A DNA stretch of 63,839 nt, the filler included, from Pelomyxa schiedti (lineage: Eukaryota; Protista; Evosea): assembly GCA_020536535.1 (NCBI GenBank). It is 12 parts of 12 records of this genome, joined end to end, with 100 filler letters (N's around TTAATTAATTAA, not from the genome) between each part and the next. Parts side by side here need not be neighbours in the genome. Positions count along the whole stretch, not along the records: positions 1 to 11,585 come from JAHLWZ010001235.1; positions 11,686 to 16,000 come from JAHLWZ010001609.1; 10 more parts are not named here. One strand, given 5' to 3'. A program made the translations under genes and the position numbers. The notes beneath the pieces were generated by a model. That model saw only the letters and a program-made list of their open reading frames with translations. It was not told where the DNA came from and searched no databases. This document shows positions 1 to 13,910 of the stretch, piece by piece. The stretch's first letter is position 1, and each line of letters opens with the position of its first letter.

Positions 1-23
1 CAAAACTAACAGACGAATGCTCA

Positions 24-1241
24 ATGGCAACAACAGGCTCACATCATTCCACAACCACAACGCTTATGGCCGAGGGACATGTTGTGGGCAGGCTGGTGTG
101 GGACTTGGTTGTGTCCACTGCTAGGGTGTTTGTGTTCGAGGTGCAGGGCTCAATTACTGTCGAGGGACAGACGGGACATAGGAGGGCACAGAGGTGTTTG
201 TGCGTGAGGGTGTCACCACTGCTGCTCAGCATGGTTGGTGAGGTAGATGACAGGGCTGTGGCTCCGTCGAGTTTCCAGTGGGTGGATGACACCAGGTACC
301 TCCAGCACTTATCTGACGAGTGGGTACTGTGCAGTGCCAGTTATGAGAAGGTTGGGGACAGCAGTACTGATAATGGTGTGCTGCTCTGTGAGGAGCCAGT
401 GTGGCTTTTCAGTCGGTGTGTCGCAGTGAATTCCAAGTGGATAGTGTTGTTTGGTGGAGCCTCTGGTTCTTGTGAGAAGTTTCTTTTCCTTCACTGTTTA
501 GAGGAGGCCAACAACAAAAGCTGCTGTTTACGCGAATTTGCTCAATACAAGGTTCCGCTGGACCTCACCGAAGAAGATAATTTGGTTCGTTCCTTGCTGA
601 ACTTCTGCAAACAGAGACCTGATGAGTTGCTGCTTATTGTCAACATGCAGAAGAAGAATGCAAAGATCGTTACTGCAGTCATTGTCTTTGACCTGGAGCA
701 GACCAACACCACGGGAGCACTCTGTGTTCTCAGCACCACCACAGTGTCCTCATCTCTCCTTTGTGGAATCACAGATGCGTGTGTGACGAGGAAGCAAAAT
801 GGAGCTCGGTGTTTCATCTGCACAGTGTGGGTCCTTGACCCCAAAAGTACATTCGGAATATTGAACAGGAGTGGAGCTTCAGTGGAAGAGTTCAGTGGTC
901 ACGTCACACTGCTCGACCCCTCATTCACTTGGTTTCAACCTGTGAATGACTCTGTTTTCTTCATCAAGGATAATGCTGCATATGGAAAACTTCTGATCTG
1001 TGACTGCAACCACCCCACCAGCCCCTCACAGGTGGATTTATCCAGTTCTGGAATCAGGTACAACACCAGAAACCTCCCATCAGGGAAGGTGTGGTCACGT
1101 GTTTCAATGGAATCTGGGTTCCTCTTCTGTTCTGACAACTCACACCTCACAGTTGTTGAACCCTTCACTGGATTCTGTGTCCTCACTCTCGAGTTTCCAC
1201 TCTGTGACTTTCTGGTGGTTACACCCCTGTTTTCTTGCTGA
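24..1241 (+). CDS. Intronless member of a lineage-expanded, beta-rich (propeller-like) hypothetical protein family, 405 aa
   Basis: Long uninterrupted ORF carrying the motifs shared with the other copies in this window: VNSKWIV, VFDLEQTNTTGALCVLSTT and C-terminal GFLFC..LTVVEPFTG. Confidence 0.8.
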   Translation: MATTGSHHSTTTTLMAEGHVVGRLVWDLVVSTARVFVFEVQGSITVEGQTGHRRAQRCLCVRVSPLLLSMVGEVDDRAVAPSSFQWVDDTRYLQHLSDEWVLCSASYEKVGDSSTDNGVLLCEEPVWLFSRCVAVNSKWIVLFGGASGSCEKFLFLHCLEEANNKSCCLREFAQYKVPLDLTEEDNLVRSLLNFCKQRPDELLLIVNMQKKNAKIVTAVIVFDLEQTNTTGALCVLSTTTVSSSLLCGITDACVTRKQNGARCFICTVWVLDPKSTFGILNRSGASVEEFSGHVTLLDPSFTWFQPVNDSVFFIKDNAAYGKLLICDCNHPTSPSQVDLSSSGIRYNTRNLPSGKVWSRVSMESGFLFCSDNSHLTVVEPFTGFCVLTLEFPLCDFLVVTPLFSC

Positions 1242-1350
1242 TCATCAAAAATAACCGCCGTAAAGGCGGTTCCCATGTATGTAAACAAAGAACTCAAGCA
1301 ATTCTCGGGGAATAGAGTGGAAAAAGTTTTTTTTTCTTTTTGAGTTTGCT

Positions 1351-2719
1351 TCATTCCTCATCCGTTGAAGCACTGCTGCTGTCAGCGTCATCGTCGCCAC
1401 TATCTTGCCGCCTGTTGGGATTCTCTGTGAAGTAATCATCCTGTGTGACCGTTGGGAGGCATGTGATGTTGCTTTGCTTTTGTGGTCGTTTTTTGTTGGT
1501 GTTTTTTTGCTTTCCGGTATTTGTTGCTGCTGAGGATGTGGGTGTATGTTGTGTTGCTGTTGTTGGGGGTTGTTCTTGGGTTGAAGCCGGTGTGTTGGTG
1601 GTGTCATTTGTGGACGTTGTAGAACTAAGGGTGGCACCGGGTTCGGAAAAGCATGATGGCCTGAGTGACAGTAAGTTTAAGTCATCAAGTGGAAAGGGGA
1701 TCAGAACCATTTGTTGTCTTTTTTGAGCTGTTTGATCTGTTCCGGGGACAAGAGAGAGACAAGCGTTCCTTGAATTTTGTATTTAATGTCCTTTGTTGTT
1801 CTGTAGTCCACAATGACATAACTCCCTGCAAGGATACACACTTAATCCCAACACAGTATTGTCACAACACAGTAATTGTCCTGGGGCATAATTTCACTAT
1901 TCTCCTAGATTCACGCAATTTAATTCATTTAATGTTACTATTAGTTAAAAGAGCTTTCCCTCTCATGAGTAGCAGTGTTACTTTAAAAAAAAAAAAAAAA
2001 AAAAACCCCAGACACACCTTTTTTAATATAGACAACCCGCCTGAACTTTGCCGGCACCAAAACGAGAATACGGTTCTCGCCACTAGTGCCGTTAGCTGTC
2101 GACTGACTTGTGGCCGCATTCGTACTCGTACTCGTATTCGCATTCACGTTCGAATTCGCAGTTGCAGACGCCGGTTCATTTGGCAAATGCGATTCCGACA
2201 CCGAGCAGCCCTAAATGAATTGTGGGATGAAGAGTGTCCAACCTGTGACCAACGAACCTGCTGGCTCGTCGCCTGTGCAGTTGCAGTTGCAGATTGCGCC
2301 GCGGGCGCGGCGTTGGCCGTGCTGCCACCCCCGCCCTTTTTGGCGCCACCCCCGCGTGTCTTGTGTGCCTTGGTGGCCGCCGCAGTTGCCGACGGTGACG
2401 TGGTAGTATTATTCGGCTTCTTTGCAACTGCGTGTGTTGTTGGAGTGGTAGTTGTTGTAGGTTGCTGTTGTGATTGTGATTGTGATGGCTGGTGGTCCGG
2501 GGCGTCGTCGTCGGTAGTGGCCGTGCTCGTTGTGGTTGCGATTGCGATTGCGGCGGGCGCAGTGGCAGTGGCAAGGGAGCCGAGGGGTTGTGACCCACCG
2601 GTGTCCACCTCCAGGGTGGTGCCCCGTATGTCGGTGACGCGTGCGATGATCTCGCCCGGCGAGAGCCTCACGTTGTCGTCCTGGATCCGCGCAACTACGT
2701 GCTTACGCGCGTGGCTCAT
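1351..2719 (-). CDS. Multi-exon hypothetical protein with Thr/Ala/Gln-rich low-complexity tracts and an acidic C-terminus
   Basis: ORF segments MSHARKHVV..., SESHLPNEP... and GVMSLWTTEQQ...DDDADSSSASTDEE* can be joined through short introns. No domain recognised. Confidence 0.45.
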
Positions 2720-2880
2720 GGGATCAATCAATTAAAAGTCTGTTTGAGAAATCAAATTCCTTTGATTCGCAGCACGTGGAACACCCCGCTGCTGGTCATG
2801 CAACTCCGACGTCCCTTCTTCAATCTCTATTGTTGCACAGACCCAAAGTAAGATTACAGTGAGATATGGTATGATGACAT

Positions 2881-5138
<2,258 letters not shown>

Positions 5139-5344
5139 CCGAATTTGATGATTATTATCTGGTGGTGATGTTTCGGAGAAAGAAGTCTCATTGTCGGTTC
5201 GGCGGGCTGCCCACACTGCAGTATCCCAAGTTCATTACACCCTAAACACATCCCAAACCAACATTTGCCTATTGACGGCAAATGTAAAAAAATACACAAA
5301 AAACCAAGGTGTTTTATTAACAAATACCCCCACAGCACTTGCTG

Positions 5345-7124
5345 CTACAGTTGTGAGCTTTCACATGTGTAGGAGAGTGACATGAGTTTCTGTAGTTTTA
5401 TAGTTATATAGGTTATGGAACGTGAATGTTACCTCGAATGAAGAGATAGCGGGTGCACGGTTTATGATGTAATACTGTACGGGTGTTCTGTTCTTTATTT
5501 TGTGTTTTTCTGACTGGTAGAATTGAATTCTGGCTAAAATATCGGCAAGGCCGTGTATTTTCTTCCAGTTTATGATTCCGTTATCAATCATGTCTGGATT
5601 ACCATCTATTTGGGTGCGTTACACTCGGTTTGTTTTTCTAGTGTTGACTACCTTCAAGGAAGGTCAAATCCTTCAAGAAAACGGCTGTAGAGAGGATCAG
5701 GGTGTTTCTTATACTTACTTATAGAAGGAACCTAAATATGGGATCACAGGAAGTTCCGCAGCGGCAAGCTCATTTCTGTATTTCTTCATATTGGATTCCA
5801 AAAGGGAGTTGGTAGAATTTTCAAAAAATTCTCTCTCGCGGCGAGGAATTTGCTAACTACTATAAGTTCCAGGTTCAAGAAAGATTACCGTTACCTTCCA
5901 CGTTTTTTTCAGTCTCATCACTGCTTGTGCATTGAGGCCGAGACATATGGCATACATTGTGCTCCAGTTATTCATTAGTTTACATTCCTGTCAGAGGATC
6001 GGTTTCGTACTTCGTCACAAAAGAGTTATAACCTGAGCTATAGCTATAAACCTCCTTAGTACACTCACTCGCTTCCGTAGGTTCTGTGTTGAAACGATCT
6101 CAGATGTAACCCATCTTGAAATCTATGCTGGAAAAGTTACCAGAGGACGGAAGCAAAGAGTACTCACGAAATTGGTGTGGGAAATAGACTTTCTTAGCAC
6201 TGAAGAACTGGTCACAATAATAGAATCGGTTTTGGAGTTCCAGCTCTGTTATACAAGGAATTAAGCACGTCAATTTAAAGAATAGTTTACTTGGTGATAG
6301 AACTCAAACAGTGGTATAGATAGAAATATGTCGGACTCGTTCAATGTAAGTTGTTGTGCAAATTCCTGTAGGTATAAGCAGATATTAGGCATTTATTCTA
6401 ATATACTTCAGGAGAGAAGTCCGTGAAGATGGATATATCCTAGATACTACTTAGACATAGAAACGTAGGTGTTTGGAGGCAAACGGTGAAATCCGGAGTA
6501 ACAGAGAGATCGCTCCCTCCTGAACGATGCTTCTTTGCAAAGAAGTACAAAACTTCGCCGTCAACAAATACCTTCAGGCTTTTCTCATAAGATTTGATAA
6601 CCCCCTTGCCGAGCAAACAGTTAGCAATTCCTACTATCTGTTGGCGAGTCAGCCAAGAGAGGTGGCCCTGAGTGTACGAGATAATTTCATTTCCTTTTTA
6701 CATGTTAAAGATGATACTAGAAGAAACATGGAAGTGACCAATGAAAGCTTGCTTAGTGGAGATAATTACATTCTTTTTACGTTTTCTCACCAGAGGACTG
6801 GCCTTCCAAATCATAGTAATAACTTTTTCAAGATCACATGGTTGTAGAATCTGGTAAGTAATTACTCAATGTAAGAGAAGTAGATGTTGACATTGCAAAC
6901 AGGGGCCATTGTTTGGTATTGAGAGCGTAACCACTGAAAGTACAAGTTAGAATTCCTGTTGCTGAGTGTTTATTTACCAAAGTGTCAACGAGATTGTTTT
7001 TCAAAGCAGCGATACATGCTTCTTTTAACTGGAGATGCTTGGGCTCAACGGTAAGCTCCAAGAACTCTAGTAAGATTTGTCCAATTACAATAATACTAAG
7101 ATGGCTTTCAGCCCATCTTTGCAT
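5345..7124 (-). CDS. Ras guanine-nucleotide exchange factor (CDC25/RasGEF domain), multi-exon
   Basis: Spliced translation gives EFAQQLTLNESDIF, WVTSEIV..NLRKRVSVLRRFIAIA, NNWSTMYAICLGL..AVMRLKKTWK, PVIPYL, FLKDLTFLE and DGNPD...INWKK. Canonical 30-45 nt introns. Confidence 0.87.
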
Positions 7125-7397
7125 TATGTTTAAAACTCTGCAGGTCGAAATGAATTGAAATGGAAACGAATGATTTGGACTACTGTTGTTGTATTTGGTC
7201 CTTTTTTGCGGAAGTGTGTGCTGTTGTGTATCTTGTTTCTGGTCAAAAAAAAGGAAAACTGTGAGGAGATATGTACCTATTTATTAACAGCAGAAGGAGT
7301 TCTATGGATGAAGAATAGTAGGGATGAGTAAAAAGAAGGATGTCAACAAGAGTTTCGTCTGTCAAACGTGATTAGATAACAAGAAACGGTTGATTAA

Positions 7398-7993
7398 TTA
7401 AATACTGAAAGGTGACTTGAGCAAGAGGTCAACAAATGCGGTAAAGGAGGTTGGAGGGGGGAATTCGTTCTTTTCCCCTATGTTAGGGAGGATAAACAGA
7501 AATGAAAGTACCTGTGTACAAGGGGGAAATGAATGTGAACGAGCATTTGGTATGTGTTTGGATTCTAAATGCTGAGATGAGGCCTCAATTGAAGGTTGCA
7601 CCAACGCACCAGAACATATCATTGAAAAGTCCCAAGAAGGAATAGCTGGTTCTGACAGTGCTCTGTTACCTCTACTGGTAGGTTTCGTGCATGACACGGA
7701 ACCCTTGAAAAGAAAATTCATTTCTATATATATATGGAGCAGAGCAGGAAAGGGAAAAAACCAACCTGGGCAGCAGACCCCGCCCCCAACTTGGAGCCGC
7801 GCTCAGGAGACCCGACGTAGAACGACACAGCGTTTCTTTTCGGAGCACGGGAAAACCCAGCGCAGCTGCCAGAACCACCGACGTAGTTCATACAACAACC
7901 GGGGTTTGTGGTGGTGGTCGAGGGGGATTTTGTTGTCGAGGAAGAGGACGTGGTGGACGTTGTGGACGTAGTGGTTGCGGGTGGGGATGACAT
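7398..7993 (-). CDS. Small Ser/Thr-rich hypothetical protein, about 3 exons
   Basis: MSSPPATTTS... ORF joins the GSVSCTKP... and EKNEFPPP... segments through GT-AG introns. Confidence 0.42.
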
Positions 7994-8356
7994 CCAAAGG
8001 AGAAGAATTTTGTTTTAGTTGTTCTTTTAGGTTAAAAACAGACTTTCCCTTAGGTTAATCGCGGTTTGATATCGCCGCCGGCTTCCTCTGTTTGAGAATC
8101 ATTGATATCACCCACAGGTCCCAACAAGAGGTCTCGATCACTCTGAAGTGTTGCACTTTGTGCGAGGCAGATTGGATAACTAGTCATACAGAACCCAGTC
8201 TCCAAGATCCTCCTTGCACCCAGGAACCATTCGTTTCCAAGTTGGGATGGAAGGAAGACCCCGGCTCGCGTTTGACACCCTGTCACACGTACACGACGGA
8301 ACAGCGAAAACAAAATTTTCCTTAAAAAAAAAACAAAGGGTTGTGTAGTTGCGGGG

Positions 8357-10742
8357 ATGCATCAAGACACGAGTGGAGATCGCGGAGATGCGTGCGTTGC
8401 GGTGATGATGGAGGAGTGGAAGGGATCTCGCGCGGCGCCGGTCGCTGATTCGGCGTCGTCCGTATCGGGCGAGGGCGACTTGGCGTCGGCCGCTCACGAC
8501 GCGTCGCTGGCGGAGGCCGACGACGGCGAGAAGGGGGGCGCGATGGGGGTGATCGCCGCGAAGGTTCGCGCGGCGTCTCCGGCCTTCGCGGGGATGCTGC
8601 CGAGGTCGCCGAGGCTCGGTGCGTCCTCTCCGGTGTACGGCGCCGCTGGGTTGGGGATTATGGGTGCATTGGAGCCCAGGGAGCTTTTTGCTACGCACAG
8701 AGCGGCTAGAGAGGCCAGAAAAGTGCGCGGCGCTGTTGATTATTATTTGCACTTGTGCCAGCAGTATTCAGGTATGGGAGAAAAAAAAATAATTGAAGTG
8801 GGGTTAGAGTTAGGGAAGTGAGCCGGTTCAATTCACCTTTTTTACTTACTTTCTCAGTGAAACCCGATGCGGCCATTATATCTGCCTTGAGGGTTGGAGG
8901 GAATACTTTGAAGCCATCTCGTAACTTTTCTGATGAAGATATGCTTCCCTTGGCGGAACTTTTGTTGTGGGACCCACCAAGTAATTATCTTCCCTCTCCC
9001 CCTTCTTCACTCTCACAATATTGTGTGGTAGAAGAGGAGGAAGACTCAGAGTCCACTGGGGATGTGGGAACTTTACCCTCTGCACAGTTCACTACTTTAC
9101 TGCTTGGTGGATGTCATTTGTGTATGGATATCAACGGGAACCACAATAACCTGACCATTTTGGCTAGATTGTGGTGGCGCAATCACTTTAGGCCGTATTC
9201 TGCGTGCAAACACATCCCTGGAATTCATCGATATTAGTAGAAATAATATCGCAGGCCTCGGTTGTGAGGTATGACTAGAAAGTGTTGTGGTTGGAACTAA
9301 AGAAACTTTAGCACATTGCAAATGCATTGGAACATAATAGTACAGTGACTCATCTGGATTTACATTCGAACAGCATTGGCCTTCAGGTTGAAATTTCTTT
9401 CCTCGTTATTTGGCTCATTACGCCAAAACAGGGAGCAAGAGCAATGGCACATGCAATACAAGGAACTCACCATTCTCTTCTCTTTCTTGATCTTAGCGCA
9501 AATCTTATTACATACAACGGAGTTGTTGTTCTACGGTCCGCTGTTGCGGGTTTTATCTCTTTCACAGCTTTTCCAAGTTCACTCCTTTGCAGGATGCAAC
9601 TACAAACGAGGCCACGTATCTGACGACCCTCCTTTGTAAGTTTACTTCAAGAACCCGCTTTTCAGTACTTATTCGTCAGACCTGGAGGATTTTTCCCCTG
9701 GAGGCCTGGTGTAGATATTTGCAAATGTTGTTCCCATAAGAAAGGCGCCGTATCAACCAAACACGTGGAACTTCAAGAGTTTGCTCATGCAGACGACAGA
9801 AAGTCCACAAAGCTTGAAGCCGACCTTAGCAGTAACTTGGTACGCAAGCCTCAAAACAAGTAGTGTCTCACGTATTTCTAGGTTCTTGAAGAGCTTTGGA
9901 ACTCTCTGACGCACGGTGCTGGCGCTGCTCTTGCAGTAATAGCAACAGCTTTCAACCTAGTTAGAGCAGCTTCACAAACCGTGCGGCACGTTGAGGGTGA
10001 GAAATTGCATTGCTTACTCAACCTTACAACTTCGTTTTAAGGAGCTCTCATATTTAGCCTTTGTTTGCTCATGGTATACTTTTCATCCATGTTTTACCAC
10101 AGCTTCTTCATGCTCAAGGCTCCAAAGGTTGCAAATAGTTCCGCTTCCCCTCTAACCGAGCTAGGCCGTTTTTCATCGCTTGGATCGATCAGCAATATAT
10201 CTGTTGATTGCCGGAACCTACACCCCTATCTGCATGATTTCACTATATGGACTTGTTGGGACACTTTTACTTGCCAGTATTTGGGCCATGGCATTCTTGG
10301 GAGTACTGCTTGATATTATTGCCTGGTCAAAGTGTATGACCTTAAAGTATGACCAATTATATGATGTCATTCCCTAAACACGAATTTAAGATATGGGTTG
10401 TACCTGGCAATGGGATGGGCACTGGTTCCTTGGATTTATTCAATAATGACATATCCCGGTCCTGTTCTTGGGTTCTGGGGCTACTTTTGGTTGGCATTTG
10501 GTGGCATTATTTACACCGTGTGTACCTTTTTCATAATTTACTCTTAACAAGGTTTATTTTCCCAGGCCGGAGTCTTCTTTTTAGTGAATGACGAAGTGGG
10601 GAAGTTCTACCATGTATTTTGGCATATTTGTTCACTTGTCGGCTCTATCATGCACTGGTAGGACCATTGACGTTTTATTTTCTTCTTAATGCTTTGTCAG
10701 GGTGTGTATATACTATTATGTTCTGCCGAATCCCCTTGCTGA
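8357..10742 (+). CDS. RNI-type leucine-rich-repeat region fused to a hemolysin-III/PAQR family multi-TM domain
   Basis: LRR segments FTTLLLGGCHL, VTHLDLHSNSIG and LLFLDLSANLI. PAQR motifs EELWNSLTHG, SSMFYHS, DRSAIYLLIAGTYTP and HVFWH. The frame stays continuous if the intron at about 9636-9679 is spliced. Confidence 0.75.
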
Positions 10743-11585
10743 TCCTCCAATGGACTACTTTTCTTGGAAGAACTACAACGCTACAGCCTCCAGCTTTTTG
10801 TCCTCTCTCTCTAGCTGATTTTTATCCACGCCCGCTAAATAACAAATTCCATCACCATTCCCTAATTAGTTTTAACCGTGCCCAGTAAAAAAGGCCACAC
10901 AACCAAAAACAACACAACAAAATAAATGTAGGGAGGTTTTGTGGGCACTGTCACACCACTGTGTCACAGCACTGCATCATACCTCCCCCACACCTCCCAA
11001 TGTGGCCCCCGTAGCACAGGCAGGTATACCCTTCTCAAGCTTTTCTGCAAGACCACAGTCCCGCGACTGTCCTCCCACACACCCAAGAGAGCGTGTGGGA
11101 GCTAGTGTTGCTGTTTTGTGTGCTACGCTTGATACTGCCTGTGTTTAGCCAAGCTATCGCAGGGGCAAGGAGGTGGTTGCTATTCGGGCCCTTTACGTTG
11201 GAGTGAACCTTGCTCTTGGGGTCAATCCCATCACTAGACCCAGAATCTCCACGGCGAAGGAAACCAGTTACCAACACAACAGGAGCCTAAAAATAGAATT
11301 ATGGGTAGAACCGAATCCAAGGAACCAAAGGCGTCGCACAACGCGGGGAGTCCCGCGTTCGTTTCGGCACCGGCGCTACTGGCACGCGAACAACTTGGAG
11401 CCATCGCCGCGGCCGCCGTCGTCGCGAAGCGCCGCTGTCAACCAGGCACAACAGCGACGACCAAAACAACAACAAAGAGAAAAACAACAGGGGAGAAAGC
11501 CAAACTCAAAAGGAGAAGAAACAGAGCTCTCCCCAAGAAGGGGAGCGAGACATTGAAGAGGGAAGGGCACTTGATTGGGAGGCTT

Positions 11586-11685
11586 NNNNNNNNNNNNNNN
11601 NNNNNNNNNNNNNNNNNNNNNNNNNNNNNTTAATTAATTAANNNNNNNNNNNNNNNNNNNNNNNNNNNNNNNNNNNNNNNNNNNN
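11586..11685. other. Artificial contig-joining spacer (N-run + TTAATTAATTAA + N-run). Others at 16001-16100, 25182-25281, 43208-43307, 48191-48290, 54459-54558, 56960-57059, 58394-58493, 59576-59675, 60922-61021 and 62327-62426
   Basis: The same six-frame-stop 12-mer sits inside each about 100-nt N-containing spacer, 11 times. Confidence 0.97.
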
Positions 11686-12181
11686 TGATATCCAGTTTGA
11701 ATTGCATGATGGTGGCACTGGTTTCCACATTGGTGGCTTCAGAATTCCAACCACAGACCCTGTTTTCTTCTCCCCTGATGAATCAAGTCCAGGTTTTTGG
11801 TGACAAATGAGGATTGTTCAGTGATTTGTGGACTGCTTCAGGCCAATGCTCAAACACAGCACTCCCATGAGAAAAACCCTAAAACAAAGTTTCACTGTTT
11901 GGCATGCAAGTGGAAAAAAGGAAAAACTAGACCCAGAAAAGTAAGAATTGTCACAAATCCATGTAATTTTTCCAAGTTAGTGTTCCTGTGTTGGAGATGA
12001 TCACGGGGGTAAAGGAACACTTTCTTTCAGCAAAGGAAAATTTTCTCATCTTTGTTGTCCAGAAAACAGAAGGTGGGGGTGTATTGCCTACTTTGCAGGC
12101 GTTTTCACAAGAACTGCACTCCTTCTTTGTAACTGCTGATGGCCTGAACTGTGTTGCTGTCGGGGGATTGTTTTTGCTGTA

Positions 12182-12393
12182 TGAGGGCCTGGCAGCAGCA
12201 TTGCACCTTGGGAGAGAAGGGAACCCAGTATTTGCAGAAGCTCATTGAATACATCCTCCACGATCCCACCACATCATATTTTGAGTTGGATACTGAGGTG
12301 GGCATGGAGGATGTATTCGCAGAGCTTCTGCAAATACAAGCAGTATGTGGGTTCCCTTCTCTCCCAAGGTGTAATGCTGCTGCCAGGCCCTCA
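12182..12393. repeat. Long imperfect fold-back A (stem segments of 46, 16, 14 and 6 bp)
   Basis: 12182-12227 is the reverse complement of 12348-12393 with 1 difference. 12228-12243 pairs with 12322-12337 and 12247-12260 with 12305-12318. Confidence 0.92.
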
Positions 12394-12867
12394 ATGTAAC
12401 CTTCCATGGAAGGCATCCCCAGCCTTCGAACACTGCATTCACAATCCCACAAAAGTGCCACCAGCCTTCCTCAAGGAGCAACTGTGGCAGTGTAGCTCCC
12501 AGCCCCAGTGAAAACAGGTACTGTGGAATCACCACCTCACCACGGCACATCATATTTTGAGTCTGATACTGAGGTGCCCTCACTGCCTGATGTGATGAAT
12601 TGTTGTTGTGGTGTGTCATTTGTATGCGTCATCTGCCCTTCGCTGCTTCTGGTATACAGGCGGGATCAGTCATTGCTCTGGGTTGATTTTCTTGAGGTGA
12701 GATGATTATGAATTGTTCTCCCTGTGTTACTCTCAACCAAAAATGCCAGGTTTTTCCCTTTGAAAGTGTGGGGTCAACCTCAGACTCCTATGTTCAGACC
12801 AACTGTGTTGTGGGATTTGAGGTGAAGAATTGCTGTAATCAAGAGAATGAATATGATGACCTTGGTG

Positions 12868-13217
12868 GCTAATGAGGCACGTTGTGTCGCGTTCCCCAGA
12901 CTTGGCAACGACGAGTGCTGCACCGTAGCGTCTCCCCCAGACCATAAACCGATCCCCGATAATGCTTGCTCCAGAACAGCACCTGTCGTCGACATTGTGC
13001 CCCAACACTGCCCAACTAACTTCCAGCCCTCACACACAGCTGGCCACCGTTGTTGCTGCCGCGGTTGGGGCTGGATCAAGACGGGCACGACGTCGACGGC
13101 AGGTGCCGCTCCGGAGCAAGCATTATTGGCGATCGGCTCATGATTGGGGGGAGATGCTACGGTGCGGCGCCCATCGTTGCCGAGTTCGGGGAACGCGACA
13201 CAGCGTGGCTCATTGGC
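12868..13217. repeat. Diverged inverted repeat B (135-nt arms, 80-nt spacer)
   Basis: 12868-13002 aligns without gaps to the reverse complement of 13083-13217, with about 24 substitutions by hand count, mostly transitions. Confidence 0.9.
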
Positions 13218-13743
13218 TCCAATCCCTCAACAAAAGCCAACCTGAGATTTCCAATCTCAGGTACCCGTTTGTCTTGTCTTGGGTGTTTTTTTTTTCCCCC
13301 TAACACCTTGTGCAGTAGCAAATTAATTCTATGTCTGAATACTGCTGAAACCATTCCAAGTGGTCATTGTGCTTATATTCCAACGGCTGCACATTAGGGT
13401 TCATGGACTCTGGGAGGATGCCACGACCCCTTTCTCCGCCGTTTTTCTTTCCCCTGGTCCACCTCCCTCCTTATGATTAAAGATAAAACAACAGCAAAAA
13501 TGTACTACAATACAAGTATAAGGTTCTATCCAGCCGTCACTGCCCCACCTCCGTCAAGCCTCAAGGTAGGTTCTTCAAAAACCACAATTTGTCCTCACTC
13601 ACCTGACCCAACAAACACGGTAAAAGGATGATATTATTGCAGCAAGTACATTGTGCACCCACTCCCTGTCAGTGCTGGAATATACTACATGGCCACTTCC
13701 CTGACTGGTCTGAGCGATGCCACTGTGAGAATACTGGACATTT

Positions 13744-13910
13744 AGCAGTGTTCATCAAAGTAAATGAAAACTACGACTCAAGAAAAAGTGTTAATATCCT
13801 CTTTTCTGCATTGGTCAAACTCTCTGACTGGACATTGTTTGACCAATGCAGAAAAGAGGATATTAACACTTTTTCTTGAGTAGTTTTCATTTACTTTGAT
13901 GAACACTGCT
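13744..13910. repeat. Near-perfect hairpin C (74-bp stem, one 3-nt bulge, 16-nt loop), candidate pre-miRNA or hairpin RNA
   Basis: 13744-13820 matches the reverse complement of 13837-13910 except for a 3-nt insertion. Confidence 0.93.

Noticed and set aside
1665-2735. 356-aa plus-strand ORF and similar long antisense ORFs (8180-8752, 34962-35798, 40459-41026, 51311-51952, 62669-63463)
   Set aside because: They are shadow frames of GC-rich or low-complexity coding regions on the other strand or frame, with no independent domain signal.
6527-6847. 106-aa plus-strand ORF with an LRR-like look nearby
   Set aside because: The minus strand has consistent GT-AG introns and RasGEF motifs across this interval.
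11301-11585. ORF MGRTESKEPK... running into the contig end
   Set aside because: It is short, low-complexity and truncated, with no domain evidence.
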